64,000 nt of DNA, taken from assembly GCA_944376695.1 (NCBI GenBank), contig CALWDM010000005.1, positions 5,293 through 69,292 of the forward strand. The letters are read 5' to 3'. The stretch comes from an uncultured Mediterraneibacter sp. (GTDB taxonomy: Bacteria > Bacillota > Clostridia > Lachnospirales > Lachnospiraceae). Positions 28,972 through 38,078 of this stretch are shown here, piece by piece (the stretch's first letter is position 1; every line of letters begins with the position of its first letter). The notes under the pieces were generated by a model. The model had not been told where the DNA came from. It ran no database searches and saw nothing but the letters and a program-made list of their open reading frames with translations. Position numbers and translations under genes: made by a program.

Positions 28972-30189
28972 ATGAGAAAAGAACAGTTAAAGACTCCCTG
29001 TTTTGTGGTGCGGGAGGAAGGACTCAGGAGGAATCTGGAGATACTGAAAGAAGTCCGCATAGAGACGGGATGCAAGATCCTGCTGGCGCAGAAGGCGTTC
29101 TCCATGTACCGGGTGTACCCGCTGATCGGGCAATACCTGGACGGAACTACGGCGAGCGGACTGTATGAGGCAAAACTGGGGTACGAGGAGATGGGGAAGG
29201 AGAACCATATCTTCTCCCCGGCGTATAAGGAAGAGGAGATGCCGGAGATCCTTAAGCTGTGCGGGCATATCGTGTTTAATTCCCCGGCACAGGTGAAGAA
29301 ATATAAGGAACAGGTAAAGCGTGCAGGCAGGAGCATGGGACTTCGGATCAACCCGGAGTGCTCGACACAGGAAGGACATGCGATTTATGACCCGTGCGCG
29401 CCGTTTTCCAGACTGGGGACGACTCTGGAAAAGTTTGAGGAAGAGATGTCAGAGGAAGATATCTCCGCACTGGACGGGCTGCATTTCCATACATTATGCG
29501 AGCAGGATTCCAACGATCTGGCAAAGACGCTTCAGGTAGTGGAAGAGAAATTCGGGAAATATCTGCACAGAATGAAATGGCTGAATTTCGGCGGCGGACA
29601 TCATATCACAAGACCCGGCTATGATATTGAACTGCTGAAGCGCTGCATCCGCCATATGCAGGAAACGTACGGTGCGGAAGTCTATCTGGAACCCGGAGAA
29701 GCGGTGGCGCTGAATGCCGGGGAGCTCATCACGGAAGTGCTGGAGATTGTAGAGAACGGGATGAAGATCGCGATCCTGGACGCTTCTGCTGCGTGTCATA
29801 TGCCGGACGTACTGGAGATGCCGTACCGGCCGCCGCTGAAAGACGCGGGCGATCCGGCGGAGGAGAATACCGGAAACGGCGGCCCTGCGGGAAGTAATCC
29901 TGTGGGCAGCAGTTCTGCAGGCAGCGGAACCGCGGAATGCGCTCGGCCGTATGTGTACCGTCTGGCAGGGCTTACATGCCTTGCGGGGGACGTGATCGGG
30001 GACTATTCCTTTGCACAGCCGCTGAAATGCGGAGACAGGCTGGAATTTCAGGACATGGCGATCTACACAATGGTGAAGACGAATACATTCAACGGGATGC
30101 GGCTCCCGGATATCGTCCTGGAGAGAGAGGATGGGACGTGCGAGATCGTGAAGACATTCGGATACGGGGATTTTAAGGCGAGGCTGTGA
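28972..30189 (+). CDS. nspC: Carboxynorspermidine decarboxylase
   Basis: ILLAQKAFS, GLHFHTLCEQ, NFGGGHHIT, YLEPGEAV, CHMPDVLEMPYRP, TCLAGDV. Confidence 0.95.
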   Translation: MRKEQLKTPCFVVREEGLRRNLEILKEVRIETGCKILLAQKAFSMYRVYPLIGQYLDGTTASGLYEAKLGYEEMGKENHIFSPAYKEEEMPEILKLCGHIVFNSPAQVKKYKEQVKRAGRSMGLRINPECSTQEGHAIYDPCAPFSRLGTTLEKFEEEMSEEDISALDGLHFHTLCEQDSNDLAKTLQVVEEKFGKYLHRMKWLNFGGGHHITRPGYDIELLKRCIRHMQETYGAEVYLEPGEAVALNAGELITEVLEIVENGMKIAILDASAACHMPDVLEMPYRPPLKDAGDPAEENTGNGGPAGSNPVGSSSAGSGTAECARPYVYRLAGLTCLAGDVIGDYSFAQPLKCGDRLEFQDMAIYTMVKTNTFNGMRLPDIVLEREDGTCEIVKTFGYGDFKARL

Positions 30190-30236
30190 GGGCTTCGCCT
30201 TTTTTCGTCTTTTTTATACTTTCTGTCCCCATAAGG

Positions 30237-30266
30237 TTGATTTTTTCGGGGGGCGGGTGCTATAAT
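30237..30266 (+). promoter_or_regulatory. Candidate promoter of the capsule/EPS operon
   Basis: TTGATT-N18-TATAAT with extended -10 TG; the spacer contains T and G runs. Confidence 0.45.
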
Positions 30267-30445
30267 AAGAACAATTAGCACTATTCAGCCTTTACGCAGG
30301 CGGATGAATGAAAGTGCGGCAGTAAAACTGGAATTGTAAGAAATAAGAAAGAAGTGGAAGTGATTGGAACACTATCCATATTTCATATAAGAAGATAAAT
30401 GAATTATTATTGACATAATATTTAGTGAAAAAGGGGCAGTGACAG

Positions 30446-31174
30446 TTGACGGCGATCATTGATATGCACAGCCATATCCTGCCGGGATTGGACGATGGCG
30501 CGTCAGACATACAGGAAAGCATCATGATGCTGCGCCAGGCGCACCGCCAGGGAATCACGGAGGTTGTCGCAACGCCGCATCATTCCGGGCAGTATCAAAA
30601 TATCTGTCCGGACCGGATACGGACGATGTGCAGGAGATTACAAGAGAGGGTGCAGGCCGAATTGAAAACAGAGATGACGATCTGGCCCGGGCAGGAGATC
30701 ATGTATTCAGAAGAGGCATTGAGTATGCTGGATCAAGGGAACCTGCTTACTATTGCAGACAGCAGATATGTCCTTGTCGAGTTTATGCCGACAGCGCCAT
30801 ATTCGTACATATTCCGGGCTGTGAAAGATATGATCCTCGCAGGCTACCGTCCGATATTGGCTCATGCGGAGAGATATCAGGCATTGAGGGAGAATGGAAG
30901 GCTGGAAGAACTGAAAGGCCAGGGGGCAGGCATCCAGCTTAATTTCCGTCCGATAGGAGGGGAATGGTATCACGAAACAACCCGATGGTGCAGAAAGATG
31001 CTCCGCAAGGGCATCGTTGATTTCCTGGGCACTGATATGCATAATACCAGAGAACGGAGCCCGGAGACAGAAAACGCGGCCGCATGGATGGAAAGAGAAC
31101 TTGACAGCAGGTACAGAGAGTCAGTTCTGATGGGGAATGCCCGGCAGCTGCTGGGAAAAAAGAAGCAGGAATAG
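30446..31174 (+). CDS. cpsB: Capsule tyrosine phosphatase (PHP family, CpsB/CapC)
   Basis: IDMHSHILPGLDDGA, ATPHH, LAHAERY, GTDMHN. Confidence 0.93.
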   Translation: MTAIIDMHSHILPGLDDGASDIQESIMMLRQAHRQGITEVVATPHHSGQYQNICPDRIRTMCRRLQERVQAELKTEMTIWPGQEIMYSEEALSMLDQGNLLTIADSRYVLVEFMPTAPYSYIFRAVKDMILAGYRPILAHAERYQALRENGRLEELKGQGAGIQLNFRPIGGEWYHETTRWCRKMLRKGIVDFLGTDMHNTRERSPETENAAAWMERELDSRYRESVLMGNARQLLGKKKQE

Positions 31175-31192
31175 AGCAGAGGAAAACTATAA

Positions 31193-31939
31193 ATGGAAAA
31201 AACATATGATAACGACGAGATGGAAATAGACCTGATAGAGGTGGCGTATGCTTTGAAAAAGCGGGCTCTTATCATCGCAGCCGCCCTTATAGCCGGCGCG
31301 CTTATAGCGGGAGCTTACACGAAGCTGATGATCACGCCGCTTTACAGCGCGACTTCGACCGCGCTGGTCATCTCCAAAGAGACAACGCTGACCTCGCTTG
31401 CTGATCTTCAGTTTGGCAGTCAGCTTACAAAAGATTACAGTATGCTGATCACAAGCCGCAGCGTGCTTGAAAAAGTGATCGACAATCTGGGACTCGATAT
31501 GGAATACCGCGCTCTGGAGGCAAATGTATCCATTAACAACCCGCAGGAGACCAGGATACTGGAGATAACAGTGACTGATCCGGATCCTGAAGTGGCAAAA
31601 AATCTGGCAGATGAACTGGCGACGGTTTCCAGCGAATATATTGGGGATAAAATGGAGATCGTACCTCCAAAGATCATAGAAAAGGCGGAGCTTCCTGAGG
31701 AACAGACCAGTCCCAGCATGAGCAGGAATGTAATACTCGGCGCGCTGGCGGGGCTGGTGCTCTCTGCCGGAGTTGTGGTTTTGATGAATATAATGGACGA
31801 CAGCATCCGTTCAGAGGATGATATTGCAAAATATCTAAATATCCCGACGCTGACAAGCATACCGGACAGAAAAGACTATATTTCCGGAAAGACAAAAAAG
31901 AAAGCAAAGCGCAAAAGAAAGAGGAGGAAGCATAAATGA
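31193..31939 (+). CDS. cpsC: Polysaccharide chain-length regulator (Wzz/CpsC)
   Basis: EIDL N-terminus, two TM segments, TSPSMSRNVILG. Confidence 0.9.
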   Translation: MEKTYDNDEMEIDLIEVAYALKKRALIIAAALIAGALIAGAYTKLMITPLYSATSTALVISKETTLTSLADLQFGSQLTKDYSMLITSRSVLEKVIDNLGLDMEYRALEANVSINNPQETRILEITVTDPDPEVAKNLADELATVSSEYIGDKMEIVPPKIIEKAELPEEQTSPSMSRNVILGALAGLVLSAGVVVLMNIMDDSIRSEDDIAKYLNIPTLTSIPDRKDYISGKTKKKAKRKRKRRKHK

Positions 31940-32625
31940 CGGAACGCAGGGTGCTCATGACAGACCCCAGGCAGAATGACTATTTCTATGAAGAAGCCAT
32001 TAAGACCCTCCGCACGAATATACAGTTTTCAGGGACAGGGATTCGATTAATTGTTGTTACCAGCTGTTATCCCAATGAAGGAAAGAGCGACGTTACATTC
32101 CAGCTTGCGCTTGAAATAGGAAAGATGGGGAAAAAGGTTCTTGTCCTGGATGCGGATATCCGCAAATCCTGTTATGTCAGCAGGTTTCAGGTGAAGCAGA
32201 AGACAGAAGGACTTTCACAGTATCTCAGCGGACAGAGTAAAGCGCAGGATATCGTATACAGCACAAATTTCCATAATGTGGATATCATATTTGCCGGACC
32301 GGCAGCCCCGAACCCGTCAGAGCTGCTGGCACAGGAAAGTTTTGGAGCTCTTCTCCATGCCATGCGCGGCAAATATGATTATGTACTGGTCGATACTCCT
32401 CCCATCGGCAATCTGATTGACGCGGCTGTCGCTGCAAGGCAGTGCGACGGGGCAATCATGGTGATAGAGAGCGATCTGGTAAGCCGGAAGGTGGCAGTAA
32501 AAGCGAAACAGCAGTTGGAGATGAGCGGCTGCCACATCCTGGGAGCAGTGTTAAATAAGGTCGATATGAAGAATAACAAGTATTATTCAAAATATAGTTA
32601 TTATTACAGCGACGAAAAGAAGTAA
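31936..32625 (+). CDS. cpsD: Capsule BY-kinase (CpsD/CapB)
   Basis: EAIKTLRTNI, NEGKS Walker A, DADIRK, VDTPP, C-terminal Tyr cluster YYSKYSYYY. Confidence 0.93.
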   Translation: MTERRVLMTDPRQNDYFYEEAIKTLRTNIQFSGTGIRLIVVTSCYPNEGKSDVTFQLALEIGKMGKKVLVLDADIRKSCYVSRFQVKQKTEGLSQYLSGQSKAQDIVYSTNFHNVDIIFAGPAAPNPSELLAQESFGALLHAMRGKYDYVLVDTPPIGNLIDAAVAARQCDGAIMVIESDLVSRKVAVKAKQQLEMSGCHILGAVLNKVDMKNNKYYSKYSYYYSDEKK

Positions 32626-32685
32626 GTATATCGATATATAAGAGCACGCGCAGGCTTTGACCGAGGAGCAGGACGGGGAGATAAG

Positions 32686-33720
32686 ATGTCTGGAAGAAAA
32701 AAAAAGAAAAAGAGGTTGTGGCTCATCCCAGTATGTGCTGCGGCGATCGCAGTCCTGACGGCGGGAGGTCTGGCCCTGAGCGCGCTGCGCTCAGAACAGG
32801 GGGCACGGGGGCCCGGAGAAAAGGCATCGGCTGCCGCTCCTTCCAAAGATACTGTGGTGTGGGAAGGAAAAGAGTACCAGTATAATGATCATTTGAGCAA
32901 TTATCTTATATTAGGAATAGATACAAGGGAAAAAGCGGAGACGTCTGTCGGACAGGCAGACGCGGGACAGGCGGATGCATTGTACCTGCTTTCCTGGGAC
33001 AGAGCGGAGAAAAGGATCAGTGTCGTTACAATCCCAAGAGATACAATGACAGAGATCGAGACGTTCGGTCCGGGAGGCGAGAGTCTCGGCAGTTCCGTGG
33101 ATCATATCAGCCTTTCTTTCGCGTTTGGCGACGGCGGCCATGAGAGCTGCCGGCTGACAGAAGAAGCGGTATCGAATCTACTGTATGGCCTGCCGATCCA
33201 GGGGTACTGCGCAGTTAATCTGGATGGGATTCCGGTGCTCACCGAGAGTGTGGGGGAGATCGCGGTTACTGTTCCGAACGACAGTATGGAAGCCGCTTAC
33301 CCTGAGTTCGCAGAGGGAGAGCAGGTGACATTGGATAAAGAAAACACAGAACTGTTTGTACGGTACCGGGATATGGATACACCGCAGAGCGCGCTTGCCC
33401 GTACGGAGAGGCAGAAGGAATATATCCGTGCTTTTGGGGAGGCGGTCCAGGAACGGCTTGCCGGAGACGCGGCCTTTGCGGCGGAGCTGTATACAGCATT
33501 AGAGCCGTACATGGTGACCAGTATGGGGAACGATGAGTTCATCAAACTGATGGAAAGTTCCGCATCGGGCAGCATGGCAGAGAACTGGACCATACCCGGG
33601 GAAGGGGTACAGGGCAAATCCTACGATGAATACCATGTAGATGATGACGCGCTGTATGCAAAGATCCTGGAGACGTTTTACAAAGTGACAGAGAACGGCG
33701 AGAGAGGTGAGATGCCGTGA
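32686..33720 (+). CDS. LCP (LytR-CpsA-Psr) family glycopolymer transferase
   Basis: N-terminal TM; LILGID, GQADALYL, TIPRDTM, LFVRYR, RTERQKEY. Confidence 0.9.
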   Translation: MSGRKKKKKRLWLIPVCAAAIAVLTAGGLALSALRSEQGARGPGEKASAAAPSKDTVVWEGKEYQYNDHLSNYLILGIDTREKAETSVGQADAGQADALYLLSWDRAEKRISVVTIPRDTMTEIETFGPGGESLGSSVDHISLSFAFGDGGHESCRLTEEAVSNLLYGLPIQGYCAVNLDGIPVLTESVGEIAVTVPNDSMEAAYPEFAEGEQVTLDKENTELFVRYRDMDTPQSALARTERQKEYIRAFGEAVQERLAGDAAFAAELYTALEPYMVTSMGNDEFIKLMESSASGSMAENWTIPGEGVQGKSYDEYHVDDDALYAKILETFYKVTENGERGEMP

Positions 33721-34481
33721 AAAAAAGATATCTGGCAGTTAGCGGCATTATTTTTCTTGCCGCGGCGGTTTGTGCAGGAATAGGGATATGGCGTTATCTC
33801 CAGCAGCAGGACGCGGGAGACGGATACAGCGCCATTCGGACAGAGGTTGGGAGCGGAATAATCCCCAGGGAGAGGGAGAGCCCTGAAAGCGTGAAGGTCG
33901 AGATACCGATCGATTTTGACGCCCTGCAGGCTCGGAATCCGGACGTCTACGCATGGATTGCAATACCTGGTACGGCGATCGATTATCCTGTTCTTCAGAG
34001 CGAGACGGATAATACTTATTATCTGACGCATACGATAGACGGGGCGGAGAGCCCGGAAGGCTCGATTTATACAGAGACCTACAACAGCCGGGATTTTGAA
34101 GATCCGAATACTGTGATATACGGACACGACATGGCGAATGGGAGTATGTTTCAGAATCTTCTGAGCTATCAGGACAAAAGCTTCTTTGAGGCAAACAGAG
34201 AGGTACTGGTCTATACGCCGGATGCCATACGGCATTACAGGATATTTGCGGCGTATGTGTATGACGACAGGCATCTCATGCAGAGTTTTAACTTTGAGGA
34301 TAAAGAAATTTACCGTCAGTATCTGGAATCTGTCTTTTCGATCAGGGAGATGGGCGCGTATATTGACAGCGCGCAGACAGTAACAGAAAAGGACAAGATC
34401 ATCACATTATCAACATGCTATGGTAATCAGGCCGACAGGCGCTATCTGGTGCAGGCCGTCCTGATATCAATAGAAAAGTAA
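33717..34481 (+). CDS. srtB: Class B sortase
   Basis: DVYAWIAIPGTAIDYPVLQ, IYGHDM, ITLSTC, RRYLV catalytic His/Cys/Arg. Confidence 0.92.
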   Translation: MKKRYLAVSGIIFLAAAVCAGIGIWRYLQQQDAGDGYSAIRTEVGSGIIPRERESPESVKVEIPIDFDALQARNPDVYAWIAIPGTAIDYPVLQSETDNTYYLTHTIDGAESPEGSIYTETYNSRDFEDPNTVIYGHDMANGSMFQNLLSYQDKSFFEANREVLVYTPDAIRHYRIFAAYVYDDRHLMQSFNFEDKEIYRQYLESVFSIREMGAYIDSAQTVTEKDKIITLSTCYGNQADRRYLVQAVLISIEK

Positions 34482-34504
34482 AAAGAAAGGAAGGATGAGA
34501 AGAT

Positions 34505-35167
34505 ATGAAAAAGAAATTATTTGGAACGATCCTTGCGGCAGCACTTATCGTGTCACAGGCAATGACAGTGTTTGCGGCGGGAGAGAGCAAGAGCGGGCAA
34601 ATGTCTCTTGTAGGAGAATCGGCAGGCAAATATGAGCTTGCGGAGGCAACGGCAGACAATCTGCCGGATCTTGCCGCGGAAGCGCCGGACGTGATGGCAA
34701 AGATCGAGGCAGTGAATTCCGGAGCCGCCACGCTGCAGAGCGTAGCAGAGCTTGCGCCTGAACTGGCGGATGCCCTGGCAGGAAAGGTGCTGCTGGGAAA
34801 TTTCAAGGACCTGGTTCCGGTCAATGGGGGCGTACAGGTAGAAGGCGGTAAATATAAAGTTGAGCTGTCTGTGCCGAGCCTGTCAGACAATGTATCTGAG
34901 GTAGGCCTTCTCCATTACAGTACGGACAGGAAAACATGGGAGATCGTAGATCCTGAAAATGTAGACTACGCGAATAAAGAAGTGACAGCGATCTTTGAAG
35001 ATCTCTCACCGGTAGCTGTGATCGGAAAAGTGAGCGGCGGCGCGGACGCGTCAGTCGGGACATCACCAAAGACAGGGATGACATATGGATGGGCTGCATG
35101 GCTCGGAGCGGCAGTTGTACTTGGCGCTGCCGGGACAGCAGTGTACAGAAAAGCAAGACACGAGTAG
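34505..35167 (+). CDS. Secreted sortase-B substrate with SPKTG sorting signal
   Basis: Signal peptide; C-terminal SPKTG, hydrophobic stretch and RKAR tail. Confidence 0.8.
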   Translation: MKKKLFGTILAAALIVSQAMTVFAAGESKSGQMSLVGESAGKYELAEATADNLPDLAAEAPDVMAKIEAVNSGAATLQSVAELAPELADALAGKVLLGNFKDLVPVNGGVQVEGGKYKVELSVPSLSDNVSEVGLLHYSTDRKTWEIVDPENVDYANKEVTAIFEDLSPVAVIGKVSGGADASVGTSPKTGMTYGWAAWLGAAVVLGAAGTAVYRKARHE

Positions 35168-35282
35168 ATCGCGTATATGAAAGACAACAGTGGGCGCGCA
35201 TGATCAGATCAGGCGCGCCCGTTTCAGGAGAAAAAAGAACTGCCAAATTGGATAAAAGTTGTCGAAGAAATGAGATGGAAAC

Positions 35283-35489
35283 ATGGAATATTTAGTAAGA
35301 GATTTCGGGACTTTCATTGAGTGGACTGATACTGTAAAGTGTACGGCGGGGATGAAAATGGAAATCCTGGCTGCGATGGCAGGCATGGCGGATCAGGCAG
35401 TGAACCAGGCAAATGCCCTGACCGCGGCGGCGGCCGCATTGGCGGCCGGAGTGTTGATATATATATACAGACATAGAAGGATACGCTAG
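35283..35489 (+). CDS. Small hypothetical protein with C-terminal TM and basic tail
   Basis: 68-aa ORF in the operon direction, abutting capD. Confidence 0.4.
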   Translation: MEYLVRDFGTFIEWTDTVKCTAGMKMEILAAMAGMADQAVNQANALTAAAAALAAGVLIYIYRHRRIR

Positions 35490-35491
35490 TA

Positions 35492-37366
35492 ATGAAGGAT
35501 ACAAATGAGAGGGGCATGAAATGGGTACATAAGGCTCTGCTTCTTCTGATGACGGATATGGCAATAGTTGCTTTTGCGTACTATGCCGCACTTGTGCTGA
35601 GATTTGATCTAAGGCCATGGCGGATTCCGGAGCAGTACCAGCAGGGATATCTGTGGGCAATGCCATACTGGGTCACAGTGACAGTGGTCATTTTTTACGG
35701 CTGCCGGCTGTATCACAGTATCTGGCGTCTTGCCAGCGTGGCTGAGTTGCGGTCAATCCTCAGGGCGTATGCACTGTTGATCCTGGCATATGCCGGAGGC
35801 GCTTTATTTATGGATCTGCATATGCCTGTGAGCTGGTATCTGATGGGGTATATTATAAGCTTCTGTATGACAGCAGGGATCCGGTTCTCGTACAGGATGT
35901 TCCGATTTTATGCCAACCGCAGCGGAATGGATCACAGTAAGACACAGGACCGGGTCATGGTCATCGGCGCCGGACAGGCAGGGCAGACTCTGATCAAAGA
36001 GCTGATTAACTCGAATCAAACGGATGTAAAGGTGTGTTGTATCATAGACGATAACCCGAATAAAAAGGGGAGGATGCTGGAGGGCATCCCGATTGTGGGA
36101 AACCGCTATGATATCGTGGATATGGCCAAAAAATACGGCATCAACCGTATCATATATGCAATACCTGCCACAACCGGCAAAAACAGGAAGGATATCCTGA
36201 ATCTGTGCAAAGATACCGGGTGCAGGATGCAGACAGTACCGGGAGTGTACCAGCTCATAAACGGAGAGGTCAGCGTGAGCACTCTCCGGGACGTAGATAT
36301 CACGGATCTCCTGGGCAGAGCGCAGGTAAAAGTAAATAATGAAGAAATCCTTCATTCCATCAAAGGGAAGACTGTGCTTGTTACCGGGGGCGGCGGCTCG
36401 ATCGGAAGCGAGCTGTGCCGGCAGATTGCCGGAGCCCAGCCAGGGAAATTGGTGATCTTTGATATCTATGAGAATAATGCTTATGAGATCCAGCAGGAGT
36501 TGGTCAGAAGATACGGCGATAAACTAAATCTGGTCGTACGTATTGGATCAGTGAGGAATACAAACCGGATAACCTGGATCATGCAGACATACCGCCCGGA
36601 CGTGTTATTCCACGCTGCGGCGCACAAGCATGTGCCTCTGATGGAAGACAGCCCGAACGAGGCAATCAAGAATAATGTAATCGGCACATATAAGACAGCA
36701 AAAGCAGCGGCTGAGGCAGGGGTGAAAAAGTTCGTCTTCATCTCTACGGATAAGGCTGTAAATCCCACAAATATCATGGGAGCGTCCAAGAGACTGTGCG
36801 AGATGGTCGTGCAGATGATGAACCGGAAATGTCCGGGGACAGATTTCGTGGCAGTGAGATTCGGCAATGTGCTGGGAAGCAATGGAAGTGTGATTCCGCT
36901 TTTTAAAAAGCAGATCGCGGCGGGAGGTCCGGTGACTGTAACGGATAAAAACATCATCCGCTACTTTATGACTATACCTGAGGCTGTATCCCTGGTACTC
37001 CAGGCAGCCTATTACGCCAAAGGCGGAGAAATCTTTGTACTGGATATGGGGGATCCGGTGAAGATCGATGATATGGCGAGAAACCTGATCCGCCTTTCCG
37101 GATATGAGCCGGATGTGGATATCATGGTGGAATATACAGGGCTGCGTCCGGGAGAGAAGCTGTATGAAGAGCTGCTCATGGACGAGGAAGGAATGCAGGA
37201 TACAGAGAATGAGCTTATCCATATCGGGCAGCCGATCGAGATGGATGATGAGAAATTTGAGAGGCAGCTCGCTGAGCTGGACGAAGAGAGCCGGCATGAG
37301 GATGGACGGATCAAGGAAATCGTAGCAGGGATTGTCCCGACGTATAAGCCGGATCTCCGGGCATAA
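35492..37366 (+). CDS. capD: Membrane-bound UDP-GlcNAc 4,6-dehydratase (CapD/PglF family)
   Basis: 4 TM, VLVTGGGGSIGSELCRQI, FHAAAHKHVPLME, STDKAVNPTNIMGASK, VRFGNVLGSNGSV. Confidence 0.93.
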   Translation: MKDTNERGMKWVHKALLLLMTDMAIVAFAYYAALVLRFDLRPWRIPEQYQQGYLWAMPYWVTVTVVIFYGCRLYHSIWRLASVAELRSILRAYALLILAYAGGALFMDLHMPVSWYLMGYIISFCMTAGIRFSYRMFRFYANRSGMDHSKTQDRVMVIGAGQAGQTLIKELINSNQTDVKVCCIIDDNPNKKGRMLEGIPIVGNRYDIVDMAKKYGINRIIYAIPATTGKNRKDILNLCKDTGCRMQTVPGVYQLINGEVSVSTLRDVDITDLLGRAQVKVNNEEILHSIKGKTVLVTGGGGSIGSELCRQIAGAQPGKLVIFDIYENNAYEIQQELVRRYGDKLNLVVRIGSVRNTNRITWIMQTYRPDVLFHAAAHKHVPLMEDSPNEAIKNNVIGTYKTAKAAAEAGVKKFVFISTDKAVNPTNIMGASKRLCEMVVQMMNRKCPGTDFVAVRFGNVLGSNGSVIPLFKKQIAAGGPVTVTDKNIIRYFMTIPEAVSLVLQAAYYAKGGEIFVLDMGDPVKIDDMARNLIRLSGYEPDVDIMVEYTGLRPGEKLYEELLMDEEGMQDTENELIHIGQPIEMDDEKFERQLAELDEESRHEDGRIKEIVAGIVPTYKPDLRA

Positions 37367-37514
37367 GAACTTTGAGGGACGGATCGTCGCTTTGCCGCGT
37401 CCGATCCTGAGGAGGGATATGACTGACATGGATTTGGGTGCCGGATGGCAGCCAAAATGGCGAAGCATGCTCTTTTTTCGGATTGATGGATCAAAGTGTG
37501 GAGGCTGTACTGGT

Positions 37515-38054
37515 ATGTGGTATGTAATACAGGTGAGGACCGGAATGGAAGAAGCGATCCGGCAGCAGTGTGAGAGTGTGATAGAAAAACAGATACTGGA
37601 GAACTGTTTTATTCCCTACTGCGAGCAGATGAAGAAATACCAGGGAGAATGGCATAAGGAGAAAAAGATCCTGTTCCCAGGGTATGTGTTCCTCGTCAGC
37701 GGAGACCAGGAACAGTTGTATCAAGACCTGAAAAAGGTGATCGGTCTTACGAAGCTGATCGGCACGGGAAGGGAAGTCGTGCCATTGGCGGAAGATGAGG
37801 TTGATTTTCTGCTGGAATTCGGGAAAGAGGAGCAGATCGTCGCTATGTCAGAAGGGATCATTGAGGATGACCGGATAGTTGTTACGAGCGGACCGCTGAA
37901 AGGCCATGAAGGGATGATCAGGAAGGTGGACCGGCATAAGAGAAGGGCTTACCTGGAAGTCGAAATGTTCGGGAGGAAGATCGAGACATGGGTGGGACTG
38001 GAGATCGTAGCGAAGGCGGCAACTCAACGGAAGTCAAAAGAGAAAATACAGTAA
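37515..38054 (+). CDS. loaP: NusG-paralog antiterminator (LoaP type)
   Basis: MWYVIQVRTGMEE, LFPGYVF, KOW domain SGPLKGHEG..RKVDRHKRRA; start reassigned to 37515. Confidence 0.8.
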   Translation: MWYVIQVRTGMEEAIRQQCESVIEKQILENCFIPYCEQMKKYQGEWHKEKKILFPGYVFLVSGDQEQLYQDLKKVIGLTKLIGTGREVVPLAEDEVDFLLEFGKEEQIVAMSEGIIEDDRIVVTSGPLKGHEGMIRKVDRHKRRAYLEVEMFGRKIETWVGLEIVAKAATQRKSKEKIQ

Positions 38055-38078
38055 GAGTCCTCAGGGGGCTCTTATTTT

